A stretch of 62,466 nt of DNA, counting the filler, from Sluysia triapertura (lineage: Eukaryota): the NCBI GenBank assembly GCA_046118255.1. It is 5 parts of 5 records of this genome, joined end to end, with 100 filler letters (N's around TTAATTAATTAA, not from the genome) between each part and the next. Parts side by side here need not be neighbours in the genome. Positions count along the whole stretch, not along the records: positions 16,148 to 27,491 come from JBJNIA010185735.1; positions 27,592 to 38,676 come from JBJNIA010189131.1; 3 more parts are not named here. One strand, 5' to 3'. Both the position numbers and the translations under genes were made by a program. The notes below the pieces were generated by a model, which was not told the DNA's origin, made no database searches, and saw only the letters and a list, made by a program, of their open reading frames with translations. Positions 24,916 through 38,776 of this stretch are shown here, one piece after another. Within the stretch, counting starts at the first letter, position 1; each line of letters begins with the position of its first letter.

Positions 24916-26477
24916 TATTTAATCAGGTTCGATAATAATATTATATTATCATGAATGCTTTATACTTATACTGCCACTGATGACAAATAAAATGAGATTT
25001 GGTGAAAATTTAATAAGATGTTTTGTCGTACAAATTAATTAAAAAGTAAAACATTTGTAATTTTTTCATATTTTTGTATAGTATATTAGTCGATCTCTGG
25101 ACTACTACAAAGTCGCTATATAATTTGTACAATGTTTTGTTGTATTCTAAATAAAAGAAAATTATTTACAGGTTCCCACAAAACAAATGTGGTTAGCAAA
25201 GATTGGTGCGCTGTTAATCGAATAAAAAGCGGAATAACTTCAAGTAATTTGAGAATATATAATGAACATTTTACTATTGACAAGCTAAATCTGGATTCAA
25301 ATCATATTGATTATGTACGAACATGGTCAACTAAAAGAAGGATTGAAATAAAACTTAGAAATCTGTACAGGAGTTCGAAGTTAAAGTTAAATAATTATAG
25401 CAAAAAAATATTAATTAAATCTTTTCTTTGAGTTTATAACCACATTTTATCGCTTCATTGTATCGGTGAAAAGATAATGCAAAGATAAGAATCAAGTTGG
25501 ATCAATTAAAGCAGCAAATAAAGAAGTCGAGAAGATTCAACGGATGTGATGTGTTGATTTGGTGATGAAATTTACATAGATAACTCATATAAACCGATTT
25601 CTACTTCTTACAGACATCACCGAACAAGGTCGAGTGTTCATCTTTCAAAAAGTAGGAATATGATAGCAGTTGAAACAAAAACAGCAGTTTATGTTAGTGT
25701 AACCTTAGTGAATTCTAAGTAAATTATCTTATTTTTAGTATAATTGTTCTAAAATTAATACAATTGTTGATTATTTTATTAGGATAGAATTCGAGTTAAT
25801 TATGCGGCGTCTAACATTAAGTAATGCTAAATTCCATCGACATTGTAAAAAAAGAGTTTTAAGTTGTGCGGAATGTCAGTTGAAATAAACTCCACAATTG
25901 ATAAGGTTCGGTATTCAGATTGAAATAAATTTGTGCCGAAGTTCAATGCTAAATTATAATCTAATCAGAATTATAAGCAATAACCAATTAAAACAACGAA
26001 AAATATACGTCAAGTTTTAAATTTAATATGATTAAAGTATATTGCTGAATATATTCAATAACAAAGTATATGGTTATTTCAATATTAAAATCACGAAAAG
26101 TTATTTTTATCAAGAACGTTCAGATAATTAAATTATAGAAATCAATTACATCATAAGTAACAAAACTCTTTTTAAAAATGTCATGCAAAAAATAAAGTCA
26201 CAGTCAATCGTAATCAAATTCACTTTACTTAACAACCTGATTTCGCTAAGATCAACATCATCATATCATTTAACAGCATTATAATTTATTCGATATATAC
26301 TCATTTTTTGCACAAAATTTCAAAGACGTAAAAAGGCATTCTTCATAATCTGATGCATTTAAATGTATTATATCAGATTATATTTCCAGCTTCATATAAT
26401 AAATTTATTAAGATTTACTGGAACTGAATAATTTATTGAAGTTAACTTATTTCAGTGACATTGTTGTAGGTATTGTG

Positions 26478-26615
26478 TGTTGCATAATCGATATTATTCA
26501 AAATCCAAGATGTTTAGCTCCTTGTCGGCAACAGGTATGGGTAAATTAATACTTAATCATTTTGTTAATAATTTTAAACAAGAGAATGTCGAAAATGTAA
26601 ATTTACACATCCAAG
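26478..26615 (+). pseudogene. Degenerate CCCH-like relic (possible copy 4)
   Basis: 'NRYYSKSKMFSSLSAT' | gtatgg..intron-like segment with damaged acceptor | 'GECRKCKFTHP'; TGEC matches copy 3. Lies within a decayed coding-like region ~25130-26780. Confidence 0.3.
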
Positions 26616-27491
26616 TTAACATTGATTATGCATTATCATTTTACTAGAATAGTTTGAAGTTAATTAAAAATAAAAAAGTTATAATTGAATTGAATCAGAA
26701 AACGAATTTTTACTTGCATTTGATAATAATCCTGATATGTCCAACAAAACTGAACAAGATGAAAATTCGGACACAGATACATGTAAATAATAAAAGTTTA
26801 ATAAATATTGTAAATAATAAAATTTTAATAAATATTTTTATGTAAATAATTTGTAAAATAATAAAAATTAAAAAATATTTATTGTAAATAATAAAAGTTT
26901 TAAAATTTTTAGTTTTATCTATTTCAATAATTATGAGTAATAATTAAATTAGTTTTTAATAATTATGATTAATAATTAAATTAGTTTTATGATTAATAAT
27001 TAGTTTACAATAATAAAGGAAGTCAATATTTATTCATTTATCAATAATTATTTATATCATTTTTGAAAAACTACTAATATTTATTTATATTATTAAACAT
27101 CTAAAGGAAATAGCTGATTTAATAAAGGAAATAAGCGCGTATATAAAGTAAGCCATTCAAAGTAATAGATGATAAATTAATTTGAAGAATTTTAGTCAAG
27201 ATTCAAAAATCGTGTATACTTTACGAAAATAGTTTGCGGAATTGGAAGAATAGAATACAATCGAATCAATTTAAATTTTGAAGAAAACATCATTCGCGGA
27301 TATTCAGTTGAATTATCTATTATTGGAGATTAATTGGCAAATTGGAAATTAATTTGAAGAAAAGTATTGATCACCGATTTCGTGGATTCAAATTAGACTG
27401 CTCAGTTGCTGGAGAATTAATTAATTATCGATTTCCGTGTATTTAAGTAAGCTTATTTCCTGTAGGTTTTCGACCCTAATAAAAGAGGTCT

Positions 27492-27591
27492 NNNNNNNNN
27501 NNNNNNNNNNNNNNNNNNNNNNNNNNNNNNNNNNNTTAATTAATTAANNNNNNNNNNNNNNNNNNNNNNNNNNNNNNNNNNNNNNNNNNNN
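27492..27591. other. Artificial contig spacer
   Basis: N-TTAATTAATTAA-N. Confidence 0.95.
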
Positions 27592-27899
27592 ATTGTTGTT
27601 GTCATAAAGAATAATTTTTAAAGTGTAAATATTTTGATTATACAAAAATATATCGAGATTCTGAAGTTATTCAATTATTGGGTTTTGATTAGTAACTTGC
27701 GAAATAAGACACAACATAACCAACTTTGTTAATCAACTGTTATATGTATTTGTTGCGTCTTTGAAAATTTTTAAATTATTTAAAATAAATATCAATTTAA
27801 TTAACTTAAAAAGAATCTCAATTATATAAGTATTCACCAAATCAAATATAAATTTTCAATAACTCTCTTATTTAATATCAATAATTATTCACCTCAAAA

Positions 27900-29508
27900 T
27901 TAAGCTCGTGGAAATCAAATCAATATTAACACAAAAATTTACTGGTTAAATAAAAATCAATTACAAATTAGTATTATTATAAATCTCTATTAAGCAGTAC
28001 TAAAGATGATTAAAATAACGAGATTAATAATAACGTTTATAATAGTCTCTATGATATAACAATCTATCAAAAGAAACCAGAAGTAACGCAACACTAAGAA
28101 AAATAGTAATTATTATTCCCGATTATCAAATATAAGTTTTTCAACGGAGCACAATAACAAAAACTATTTTAATAAAATCCTCAAAAAATATTATTATTTT
28201 TAATCATAAAATAAATTCAAAAATACTTAAAGCATGGATCTTCTCAGTTGCATTATTAATTGTTAATATTTTTGTATTGTTGTTGTTGTTGCGTTGTGTA
28301 AAAAAATTTTAAGTTTTCTTTTTTATATTTTCTCATCATCCAATAATTTCCAATTTTGTGATTAAACATTTTCTCACGCATATCACTGCAACATTCTTTG
28401 AGAATTAATCCGACAAACCTTCAAAATTCATTAAATACAGAACACAAATATTTGATTTACGATTATCTATTTTATTTCTTTATTCTACTCAGTTTACTTT
28501 TACTAAAATTAATTTCCACATTAAAATAATAATCTAATCTAAAAAATAAGTAATTTAATTTTAGTTTTCAAAATTTAATCGATTTCTGGTTTTTCACACC
28601 AAATTTTCTAATGAAGAATGTTTTAAGTTTCTTATTCTCGAACAAACCACTCTACAAATATTTCAAACTCACTTCTAGATTCTCCTCTTTCATAGCAATC
28701 ATCTCATATTCCATTCATTGCATTTGCATCACTCTAGGTATAAAAATTTCAACATTCCATAATTAAAAATTAATTAAAATTTGACTTTGCTCAATAATAA
28801 GGCTTTCATTGCATGAACTCAGTCAAACCATACATTCATATAAAGGTCTTTTCGAAACAAATACACACACAGTTTCCAATTTAATGTAGCATTTCGCATT
28901 CAAAAGTTATTCACAAAACACACTTTTTCTTAATTAAGTTAATTAAAATTTTTAATTAATTAATCTATTTCTATACTTAATTTTATTTTATGTTTAAAGG
29001 TTTTATTAAGGTTTCAAGGTTATTTAGTAATTTATAAGGCATTCAGGAGGCTCTAGATGTTTTCACCTTCACCTCTCTGATTCCTATTTCTTCTTCATCA
29101 TGTTAATTATTACCATATTTAACCTAACTTTATTATTTTAAACAGTGATTTTATTTCTTTAAAATTTTAAAGATTTTAAATACTCTATATGGTTAATCGA
29201 AGAGTTTAGATGCCTATCAAGGTTTCAAGAATGCTTAAAGGTTAATAAAGTCTCAGATAATCCCAAGGTCCACAAGCTCAAAGGTATTCCTAATAGCTTT
29301 AAATGTTTTTCAAGTCCTCTTCAAGCAGCCATAAGGGTCTTTGAAATGTCAAAGTATTCTTTGGCTGCTAAAATTACCATAAATGATTTAATTTTTACAC
29401 TATCATTTCAACGCTGCCTTCAAACCCTCACTTGGTATTGGTTCTTTCTTAATTTATAGTTACATGTTTCTAAGGCATTTTCTGATACACAATAGGGCAA
29501 TCCCAACA
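27900..29508 (-). repeat. Repeat family A copy
   Basis: Colinear with ~11900-13453; ends ...GGCAATCCCAACA, the reverse complement of the TGTTGGGATTG head. Confidence 0.85.
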
Positions 29509-30109
29509 ATTATGCTAATTGAATAACAACTGAATGTGTCTTACCAAGATTATACTAAAAGTTCTTTTTCAAAAAATTTTACAAAAACCAAATAATATAA
29601 TAAAAATATGTATTTTAACAATTCAACCTCGGTTGATTGTTTTCGTATTTTAAAAATATATTACGCAACCATTTTAAGATAACTTTGAGTATATTTTAGT
29701 ATAATTTTCTTATAATAAATACTTTAAATTTATATATATATATATATATATTACTTGGTATTGCTTAATATCATAAAAATTATTTCTCCCAAAATTGTTG
29801 CTTCCCAAAAACTTTCTGAAAATTTTTGTTGAATTTTACTTGTGTTTTTTCTTAAAAAATTAACGCTATTAATATTAACTTACCTATCGTCATATTGAAA
29901 TTAATTTGATATATTAAGTAAAACAAATTTTTCTTTAGAATAAAGAATTTTTTTTAATGATTATTTTTTAAAAATTTAATAAAAATATTCATTTAAATTT
30001 TATTTAGAATATTTAAATTAATTTTGAAATTTATTAAAATTTATTGTTAGGTTTAAATTAAAGATTTAAAAATATTTGTTCAGATTTTTATCTAGAAAAC
30101 TTTTATAAC

Positions 30110-31100
30110 AATTATGAGTTTGTGTCAACTGGGTCCGCCTATAATCTAGGTTTTATATCTCGCGGAAGACTTAGTTATAGGATTATATTGTGTCAAGAAA
30201 CTACGAAAGATTCCTTATTATCTGATAATGGAGGGTCTCTATGTGTATGCTTTGTCTTATTCTACTTCTTACACTGTGCTACTGTAAATTAAACTTTAAC
30301 TAATAAACCAAAAACAAAAATAATACTCCACGTATTCTACGAAAATCTATTATATAAATAAACTAGAGTTGTTTATAAGTATTGGTACACAAAGAAATGT
30401 AATGATAATATACACAAAAATAATAATAATAATCAGTTTAATAACTTTAGGATTTCTCCTAAACAAAATATAATGATTTTAAAAAGTGATTTTAACCCAG
30501 GTGAATACTTGGGTGTGTTAAAATTTGATATTATTTTACGTCGATTTTAATACAGTGTATCACTGTATGAAACTTAGCATAAATAGCTTACGGTTTAAAT
30601 ATTTATCCGGTTGCAAATTCTCCAATAATAAGTTTCCTTGGCAGCGATCCCAAATATTGTTAATCCCGATAATTGAATACTTTCTCCAAAGAAATATGAT
30701 CCAATCAAGATTTCACGTTCAATAATAATTTTTGTAAATGACGATTCCCAACAAATTTTCCTCGAACAATGATTCTCAATAAATTTTCCTCGAATGACGT
30801 TCAATAATAACTTTTGTCTCAATGTGAGCTGTCTCCAAAAAGTGTTTCAAAATATTTAAAATTATTCTTGTGTTTATTACTTGTGTCTTGTAAGCCAAAA
30901 CCGTTAGCTATTTATAGAAAGTTTTTTTATTGACGTGTAGCAAGATTAAATTAAAAGATTATAAAATAATTATTAATTTTGAACTTTTAAAAAATGTAGA
31001 TATGTAAATGTAGGTTTTTTTAATATTAATAGATAATTATTTTACTTGTAAATAAAATATTATCTTTTACATATAATTGTTTATGCATTTTAAAATAATT
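30110..31100 (-). mobile_element. Solo or partial LTR related to the gypsy element at 8852-10017
   Basis: Shares the 30131-30181 hairpin, 'gagggtct', 'ggatttctcc', 'gaat.cttggg' and a minus-strand TATA at the equivalent position. Boundaries approximate. Confidence 0.65.
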
Positions 31101-32283
31101 ACTTTTGTATTAAAAATAGATAATTCTTTTTTGTACTGTAAAATGTAATGTCATCAACACAAAATATTGAAGGTCAAATATCGAAGTCAGATTAAATTAA
31201 ATTATATCGATTAAACATTACATTAAATTATATCAATTAAATCACATTAAATTATATTTAAGTTAAGAAAATATAAATCATAATTTGGAAATAATTAATT
31301 TAATTATATGGAATAACTAATTTATGTGGAATAATTAATTTAAATTATTTGAAAAATTTAAGAAAATTATTTTGGAAAATTTATAAATTAAAGAATCAAC
31401 GATTTGAAACATCATCCAGGTTAATATTATTATTGTTAATATTATTATCATTTTATTATTGATATTCATGTAAATATTATTATTAAAATATCATAAATAT
31501 TATTAAAATTAAAATTCCTACTTGTTTTACTTATCTGGTCATCTTGTTTTACTTATATTCAAGGACATTCTAATTAGATATAAAAACCCTACAATTAAGC
31601 ACTACTACACACAATATTTTCACACAATTTTGCATTCAAGATTTTTCAAATCTCGATATACCATACCAAGTGATTTTTTAGAAGGAGTTCTATAACTGCA
31701 AATTCAATTATATTCACAATTTTTACAAGTCTTTGCGATTTTTGGAAAGAATTATCCAGTTGTATCGAAGTTTCAAAGGAAGTCTTGTTTTTTCGTTAGT
31801 TTTTACTATAAGTTTCTCGGCAACATATAAAGTTGCTTAACCAAAATCTGACTTAAACTTTATTTTAATTTTCCCGCTATCGTTTATAGATAGCGTATTA
31901 AAATCATTACAAAATTTGTTTTTAGATTATTCGTGAAATAATCTCCTCTAACATTTTTATTATTTTATTATAACCTATTTGATTATTATATTTGTATACT
32001 CATATTCTATTAATTAATAAAGTTTTTCTTACTTTAACATTTTATTATAATTTTAATATTAAATTACGTATCGGTTCCTTCGTGAATCTTATTAAACTCA
32101 TTAAAAGGTTCACTTTCATTGAACCTCATTAAAATACCGAAGTTAAAAAAGGTTCGTATAAGCGAATCTAATTAAAATCACTTTATATTATTTTTAAAAT
32201 AATTAAAATTTGTAAAATTCCATTTGACCTCCTAAAATATCAATTATTAAATTATTAAATTTGATTTTTATTAAATAACTTTA

Positions 32284-32374
32284 AAAATCCAACGGTTGGC
32301 CATTCAGTTTGTAAGTCCAATACGTTAGTGGACTCACCTCTTATAGTTTTTATTCACACGTAAATTTCTCACAG
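32284..32374 (+). repeat. Family B LTR-like 3' end with hairpin (copy 3), abutting the hAT relic
   Basis: CCAACGGTTGGCCATTCAGTTTGTAAGTCCAATACGTTAGTGGACTCAC...TCTCACAG. Upstream 'aaggttc...gaacc..attaaa' repeats are shared with 49880-49960. Confidence 0.75.
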
Positions 32375-33845
32375 CAATTTAAAAAATTCAACATTCGGAA
32401 TTACAGTGAAAACAATCATTTATAAGGTCAAATATTTTTCTAGGACAGGTACTTCCAACAAGGTACTGAAATCTGTCGGTGGCTCAAGATCTGAATTACG
32501 GAAGCATGTAAAAAACAAAAAACTTTAAAACATTTGATAAAAAGGAAATCTGCCGATGAAGTTATAGCCAAATTGGCTTGCAAAGATGGTTTAAGTTATC
32601 GGCAATTTGCTTGCAGTGAATTCATTCAAAGTAATTTGATGAAAGATGTGTACGACAAAAAGCCGCTAACTTCTGTAAATGGCTTGAAAAATTGAATACT
32701 TAACTTTTATGAAATAAAAAAACTGAATTAACAGAATATTTTTCTAAGCAGATTAAGGCCAGGATTCGTTATTCAATTTCACTGGACGAGTATGCATCAT
32801 CCTAGAATATTCGGTTTATGAATATTAATGTGCACGATATGATTAAGCACTGATTTCTTGGTTTAGTTCACTTTTGTAAGTCATTGAAAAGTTATAGAAT
32901 CACAGATATCGTGAATTTGGATTGAATTTAAATTGCGATATCGCCGGAGCAACATCCAAAGGTGCTTCTGTCATGATCAAATTTGGCAAGGAAAATGAAT
33001 TTGCTCATGAACTCTGTTTAGCCAATTGTTTTCGTTTAACAGTATGATATCTTTTGTACAAAGAACAAAAAACTTGAAAAAGATAATGAAAATGCACTTT
33101 GAAAGATAATCAAGAAATTATTGAAAACTGGAACGATTACGATAGCCCCTTAGACATGGCTTTTGACTCTGAAATAAATTGTAATTCTTTATATTAATGA
33201 ACCTTTTGGTGAAATAATTTCAAAAGTTAGAAGAATATGCAAAGTCATCTGCAAATAAAATCGCCATTGAAAAACGACTATTTGCAAGAAATATTTAAGA
33301 ATGAATCAAAAGGAAAAGAATTCAAACTTATGTTAGTCATTTCCACAAGATGGAATAGTATTATTACAATAATATATAAATTCATAGAATTATAATGTTG
33401 TATTCCTCGTTCTTTAAGAGTTTGTGAAATCGGTGAAACTATATCAGATGAGGAATTTGAATCTTTGGATGTTCTTCTAAACACACTCCGTCCTTTTGAA
33501 ATAGCTATTAAAGGGCTTTCACGAAAGTCGCTTCACTATTAAAAGGTGAAAATTCAGTTAAATCTATTTTGAAAGAATTAAATAGTCTCAGTTTCGTCTT
33601 AGGCACAGGACTAACGAAAAATTTGTTTGAAAGGTACAATTCGCGACGGATGAATGAATTTATCTCGAAGATCCCGATAAAGTAAGAAAAACTATGTGGG
33701 AGTATAGAACTCTGATACCATTTATTTGAAACTTTATAATTATTTAACTACTTAATTTATATGATCTTATTAAAAAATTGTAAATGTAAAACATAAAACA
33801 TATATTAACTAAAAATATGAAGAACTAAAATTTTCATTAAAATTT

Positions 33846-34199
33846 TTATTTAAGATACAATAAATAAAGTTGTTTAATTGCGATTGAATGTGCCATTGTA
33901 GGTATTTTACTTTGAGGACTGAACAAAATGCGATCTTGTTGGTTATTCGTAAATGCGTGGCAATTGATGTATGATTTTCCCAACTCTGGTATTGTTCGTA
34001 AACTTGACAGTAAGTCGTAGATTCGTTGACCATGATCATTGACATTTGGCTTGGAGTAAACAGAGCGTTGGAGATAAAAAGGCCCATGGGAATAGATACA
34101 TTTATAGCCGTATTTGATGCATTTGTCTGCACCATAATTACATAGTGCAATTTTATAATGTCGTGGATGGAATTTGTTTTCGATGTTTCTGATATTCAT
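33846..34199 (-). CDS. CCCH zinc-finger protein fragment (copy 2), inside the hAT insert
   Basis: 'RHYKIALCNYGADKCIKYGYKCIYSH' is C-x6-C-x6-C-x3-H. The downstream 'RIYDLLSSL' is shared with copy 3. Confidence 0.7.
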   Translation of the reverse strand: MNIRNIENKFHPRHYKIALCNYGADKCIKYGYKCIYSHGPFYLQRSVYSKPNVNDHGQRIYDLLSSLRTIPELGKSYINCHAFTNNQQDRILFSPQSKIPTMAHSIAIKQLYLLYLK

Positions 34200-34559
34200 A
34201 CGCGCGTATTATTGATTGTTTTCGCTTGTCATACTACTCGATCAGTACATTCGAAAGAACTTGCTTGTTACTAATTTGTTCAGTAGAAAAATTAGGCGTT
34301 TGCATTATAGTTGAAATTGAATGAGCAGTTCGTGCAAGGTTTAGAACAACACCGATGAGTATTATTTGAACTAGAAACATCTAATAAAACCGAAACATTC
34401 ATGATATCAATATTGGTTGTGGGCAACGATCTACATTGATGTTGAATATTGTGAATACTAATAATTAATAATGATAATAATAATGCTATTAATAAAATGA
34501 AATAAAATAATATTATAAAAAAATTAATAATAATAATAATAAAATAAAATAATAAATAA

Positions 34560-34855
34560 TAAAAACATAAAATAAAACAAATAAAAATGCATATATTTCT
34601 CTACAATTCTTTATCTTGACATGTTTCTTCATATTCTAATTAATAAAACTTGATTTTATTTATGGTTTTTGAATAATAAAGAAAATGTAAAAAGAGTTGA
34701 TGAAAGAATGTCTAAAGAAGATAATAACGTAGTTAAAGGTATTAAAAGAAATTTCATTTACATTATTGTTATATTTGAATTTGAATTACAATTGTAATGA
34801 TTTTTGAAGAAATAATAGCTTAAGTGTTACAATGATGTGAATTTTTATTGTGACA
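34560..34855 (-). repeat. Repeat family C head (TGTCACA...)
   Basis: Homologous to 10022 onward; begins at the junction with hAT sequence. Confidence 0.6.
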
Positions 34856-36455
34856 AAATGAGTTAAAGTTTTAAGTGATAGAGTTGCCCACCAGAAACTA
34901 ATTGCTCAACACTTTTTTTTGTCAAATTTATGAAACAATAAAGAGACTGGCGAAAGCAACTTTTAACAGGCTTTATCAATCTGACGATCTCCAAACATAA
35001 ACGGATAATAATAATGAATCAAATGATCCGATGTCTCATTGAAGTGGTTAACTAGAGTAAGAAATCCAATCCCACTTCTCTATTTACTATTGATTTAGAC
35101 AAGGACCTAAAGTTATCTGAAGCAACAGGGAAGTGATGTGAGCATTAAGAAAAGGTATACCGAAGCCTGTGCACAATTGTAGAATCTCAACAACAAGTGT
35201 AGAATCTCAAAGAGCTTTATCATCTGTAGGATATTTTTTAACAAAGATTCGTTCTCGGTTATTGCTTAAAACACTAGATGTTTTGACCTTTTTGAAGTCA
35301 TACTTTGCAAATATTGAGAAATAAAGAACCGTTATTCTTTAAACAGGCGAAAAATATTTTTTAAATACTAAATATAACATTTTTATATTTTTAGTCTTAT
35401 TACTACATTGAAGTTAGTTTATTTAATTAAAGTGTGTATAACAGAAAACAATTTATACAAAAGTCCAGTAGGCACTTTATTTATAAAAGTGTTCGGAAAT
35501 CGGTAAAAACCGAGATTTAATTTTTCTGGCGGTAATTTACCGGGTACAAAATTTTCGGTACTTTGCAAACTCTAATACGAACTACCTGATAAATGTCGAT
35601 CGAGGTATATTATTTGGTGTAAAATGAATAAAAATGAAAATTAATTACAAATATTGACATTATCATAAAAATAGATTATATAACGAAATATCTAGTGAAA
35701 AGTTATGCAAAATTTTACGAATCATAAATAAATGTTTATAGCAACTACAAAGTAACATTTCGAACAGGAAGAGCATTGTACCAGTAAGTCCAAAAAACCA
35801 TTCTCGGAAGTAGCATACTGTTGCAGTACAATAAATCCTAGGAATATGAATATAAATAACCACGTATTAAAGTAAAAAATAAAAATCTTATGTAGATTAA
35901 ATCTAATCAATCAAATATAAACAAAAATTAGAATAGTTTGAATAGTCAAAGCTTGAAGTTAAAATAATGTAATAAATATCTCAAATTTGGTTTATATGAA
36001 AATGTGGAAAGATAAATTTCCACTGATATATCTATGAATCTCCTAATTCTGATGATAGTAGAAAGTCTATAAATTTATATCTATTTGAACATATATACTT
36101 CATTTTTATTGCACAATAATCTATTATAAATAAAATTAATGCACAAACGCCTTGCCAGAGCATACCCGAAAATTTTTTTGTTTTCATCTTGTTAATTCCG
36201 AACGATTATCGTTTTATTTCAAAATATTTATTCAAGCCCTGTAAATGTTCAAATGATTTAATATATTTAAATTTATTCTAAATTATAAAACAAACAGAAA
36301 AATTAGAAAAAATTAGGAATCAAGAAATTTATTAGTAGTTCATTAGTATTTCATAATTATGTAATATATACATGTATTCTCATTAATTTAAAAATAATTT
36401 GGTACTAAAATTTATTATTGATTAATTAATATTGTTATTAATTTATAAATCTAAC

Positions 36456-36600
36456 CCTTAAATTAACATTTGCGCCCCTACTAATCAATAACTGTGCAGC
36501 ACGAACATTTCCTTTACTGCAAGCTAACATCAGAGCTGTTTTACCACTTCTATTCTGAACATTCATATCTACGCCAAAATCTAATAATATCTCCATTAAT
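36456..36600 (-). CDS. Internal exon of an ankyrin-repeat protein
   Basis: 'LMEILLDFGVDMNVQNRSGKTALMLACSKGNVRAAQLLISRGANVNLR' is a canonical ankyrin repeat, bounded by a tttcag acceptor and a gttag donor. Confidence 0.8.
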
Positions 36601-38600
36601 CTGAAAGTTATTAATTTTAATTATTTATTAATACTGATATGATATGATATTTTTGGATTTTTATAAAATCAATATAATTAAAATTTTATTTCTTAATATG
36701 TTTCATGTAAACTTATAAACGTTCTGTAGTAGCAATAAATTATCAATTGATACATTAAGTCTTTATTGATTTGAAAGTAAAATCGACAACAGTTAAGTAA
36801 CATTGATAAATTTTAATAAAATTTGTCGAGATATTTTTGTTCATATAATCAATATTCATCTGAAGTTGTAGAAAGAGTTATTCCCACTTTTATAAGAAAA
36901 GGACTTACGCACAAAATTTCAAGACTATGGTGCTCTGTTAAGGTATATAATCACAGAAATTTGTAGAATGAATATTCAGCAATTATAAGAATGATCTATA
37001 GGTGATTTACCAATATCTATGTATCATAAAAACAATATCAATTGGAATTTCCAATATATCAGCAAAAAATTACTAAAAATAATATCTAAATATAATTAAT
37101 ATCTAAATAATTAATATCTAAAAGTCATATTTGGAAATTTTGAACCTTTACTATCTTAAATGAAACTCATTAATAAATTTTATTTCTCAGAATAATTCTA
37201 CCTTCTACTTTTATAAGTTGGTATAACTTAAAACTTGAGTAATTTATAAACAATTTAACTTCTTACTTTTTCAAAAATATAAAATAGTTAATGATTAAAA
37301 TTGATACACAAAAATTGTAACTTTCTAAGTTATGTTTTTGTTTTTGTAATAAAATATTTAAAGGTGTAAAAATTAATTGTATTTTTGAATGTCAAAAAAT
37401 AATTGTAAAAATAATTAAATTAAAATTAATTATTTTAAAAGTAACCTAAAAGGAATGTTCGAGAACACAGAATTGTTTTATTAAAGTAATTTTTAAAATG
37501 TCTTTATGAATATATAAAGAACACAAAGAAGAAGAAGCCATAATTAATTTAAGAGAAACCATAATTGATTTGTCAGCAGTTTAATTAATTCGTCATTTTG
37601 GTAATTCAATATATTCGTCATCAGAAAAGTTATTAAGTCATTTACTTAATGACTTATTTTTTGGTGCTGCAGCAGTTCTCAAATTTGTCAACCATCCAAC
37701 GGCATTATATCCCGCGTCTACGATAAGAAGGATTACAACTTTCAATTATCAACAAACCAAGCAATCAAATTATTTGGGAAAAAACATTTCTAGAGCTCGA
37801 ACACTCTTTTGTTAATTAAATTTGTAAGTTTATTTTGTATAGTTTGAATACTCAATTTGAGTTAAAATATCTACGTAAAATATCAAATTTTCGGTTTGTC
37901 ATTAAGATCAATCATAAAATCACGTTAAACTCTAAATTCATCGCTTTTTAGTTGGCCCTTAAGGTCAATTATAAAATACTTATTAATTGCTAGAGTCTTC
38001 GGGCTAGACCTTTATTATAAATCATTTTATATTATTATTATACTTTTATTATTTACAAAAATTTTTATTATTAATATTTTTTCTTTTTAACTTTATAACT
38101 TCGTCATTGTATTATTTTAATTTTTTTCAATTTATTTAACTTGTCGTATAGTAAAATTTGGATAGTTTGAAGTTTTTTGTTTGAGAATTTTGTGTTAAAT
38201 TCGTGAATATAAGTCGAACTTACAATTTTTATATTGTAGGAAATTTAAAAAATTAGATGGGTTGTTATTAGTGGAAATAAGTGAATTACATCGTAAACAC
38301 TCTAACGTATTAAGTAAATGAAGTTAAGCTTAAGAAATAAAAGAATAATACGTTTTTATATAAGTATTGTCGACCTTAATCTTATATTAACTTAAAAATT
38401 GAATATTCCAACGTTGGTCGTAATTATTTTTTAAGTCATTTAGTATCAGACGATTTTGTCCATTATAGTTTAAGTTAAGGCAAAGAGTTAACTTTCAGAA
38501 TTGTTTTCACGTAATTTTACAGTTACGCCATTAGTAAGTCGTATGATGTAAAGAGACTCTGAATAATAATAATTTATTTTGTTGTGAGTTAGGCTCTTCT

Positions 38601-38676
38601 ATAATAATAATAATAATATATTAATTTATATTGCGCTCATATCTACCGCGAAAGTACTCAAAAGCGCTTAAGGTAA
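38601..38676 (-). mobile_element. 3' tail of an L2/CR1-clade LINE or derived SINE
   Basis: The minus strand reads AAGCGCTTTTGAGTAC...GAGCGCAATATAAAT followed by (ATT)n, resembling the stem-loop plus microsatellite tail of L2-type elements. Cut by the gap. Confidence 0.45.
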
Positions 38677-38776
38677 NNNNNNNNNNNNNNNNNNNNNNNN
38701 NNNNNNNNNNNNNNNNNNNNTTAATTAATTAANNNNNNNNNNNNNNNNNNNNNNNNNNNNNNNNNNNNNNNNNNNN
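38677..38776. other. Artificial contig spacer
   Basis: N-TTAATTAATTAA-N. Confidence 0.95.

Larger units (their letters stand above)
32375..35574 (+). mobile_element. Degenerate hAT transposon interrupted by a ~1.15 kb insert
   Basis: Fragments 'IAKLACKDGLSYRQF', 'RYSISLDEY..RFMNINVH', 'GASVMIKFGK..ELCLAN', 'STRWNS', 'LRPFEIAIKGLS', and the C-terminal dimerisation motif 'TSVESQRALSSVGYFLTKIRSRL..KTLDVLTFLKSYF' (~35195-35305). 3' TIR-like end CTTTGCAAACTCTA with subterminal CGGT/ACCG repeats. Confidence 0.88.

Noticed and set aside
35663-35910. Hydrophobic ORFs with 'CYFREWFFGL', reminiscent of class C GPCR TM3
   Set aside because: Too short and broken to support a call.
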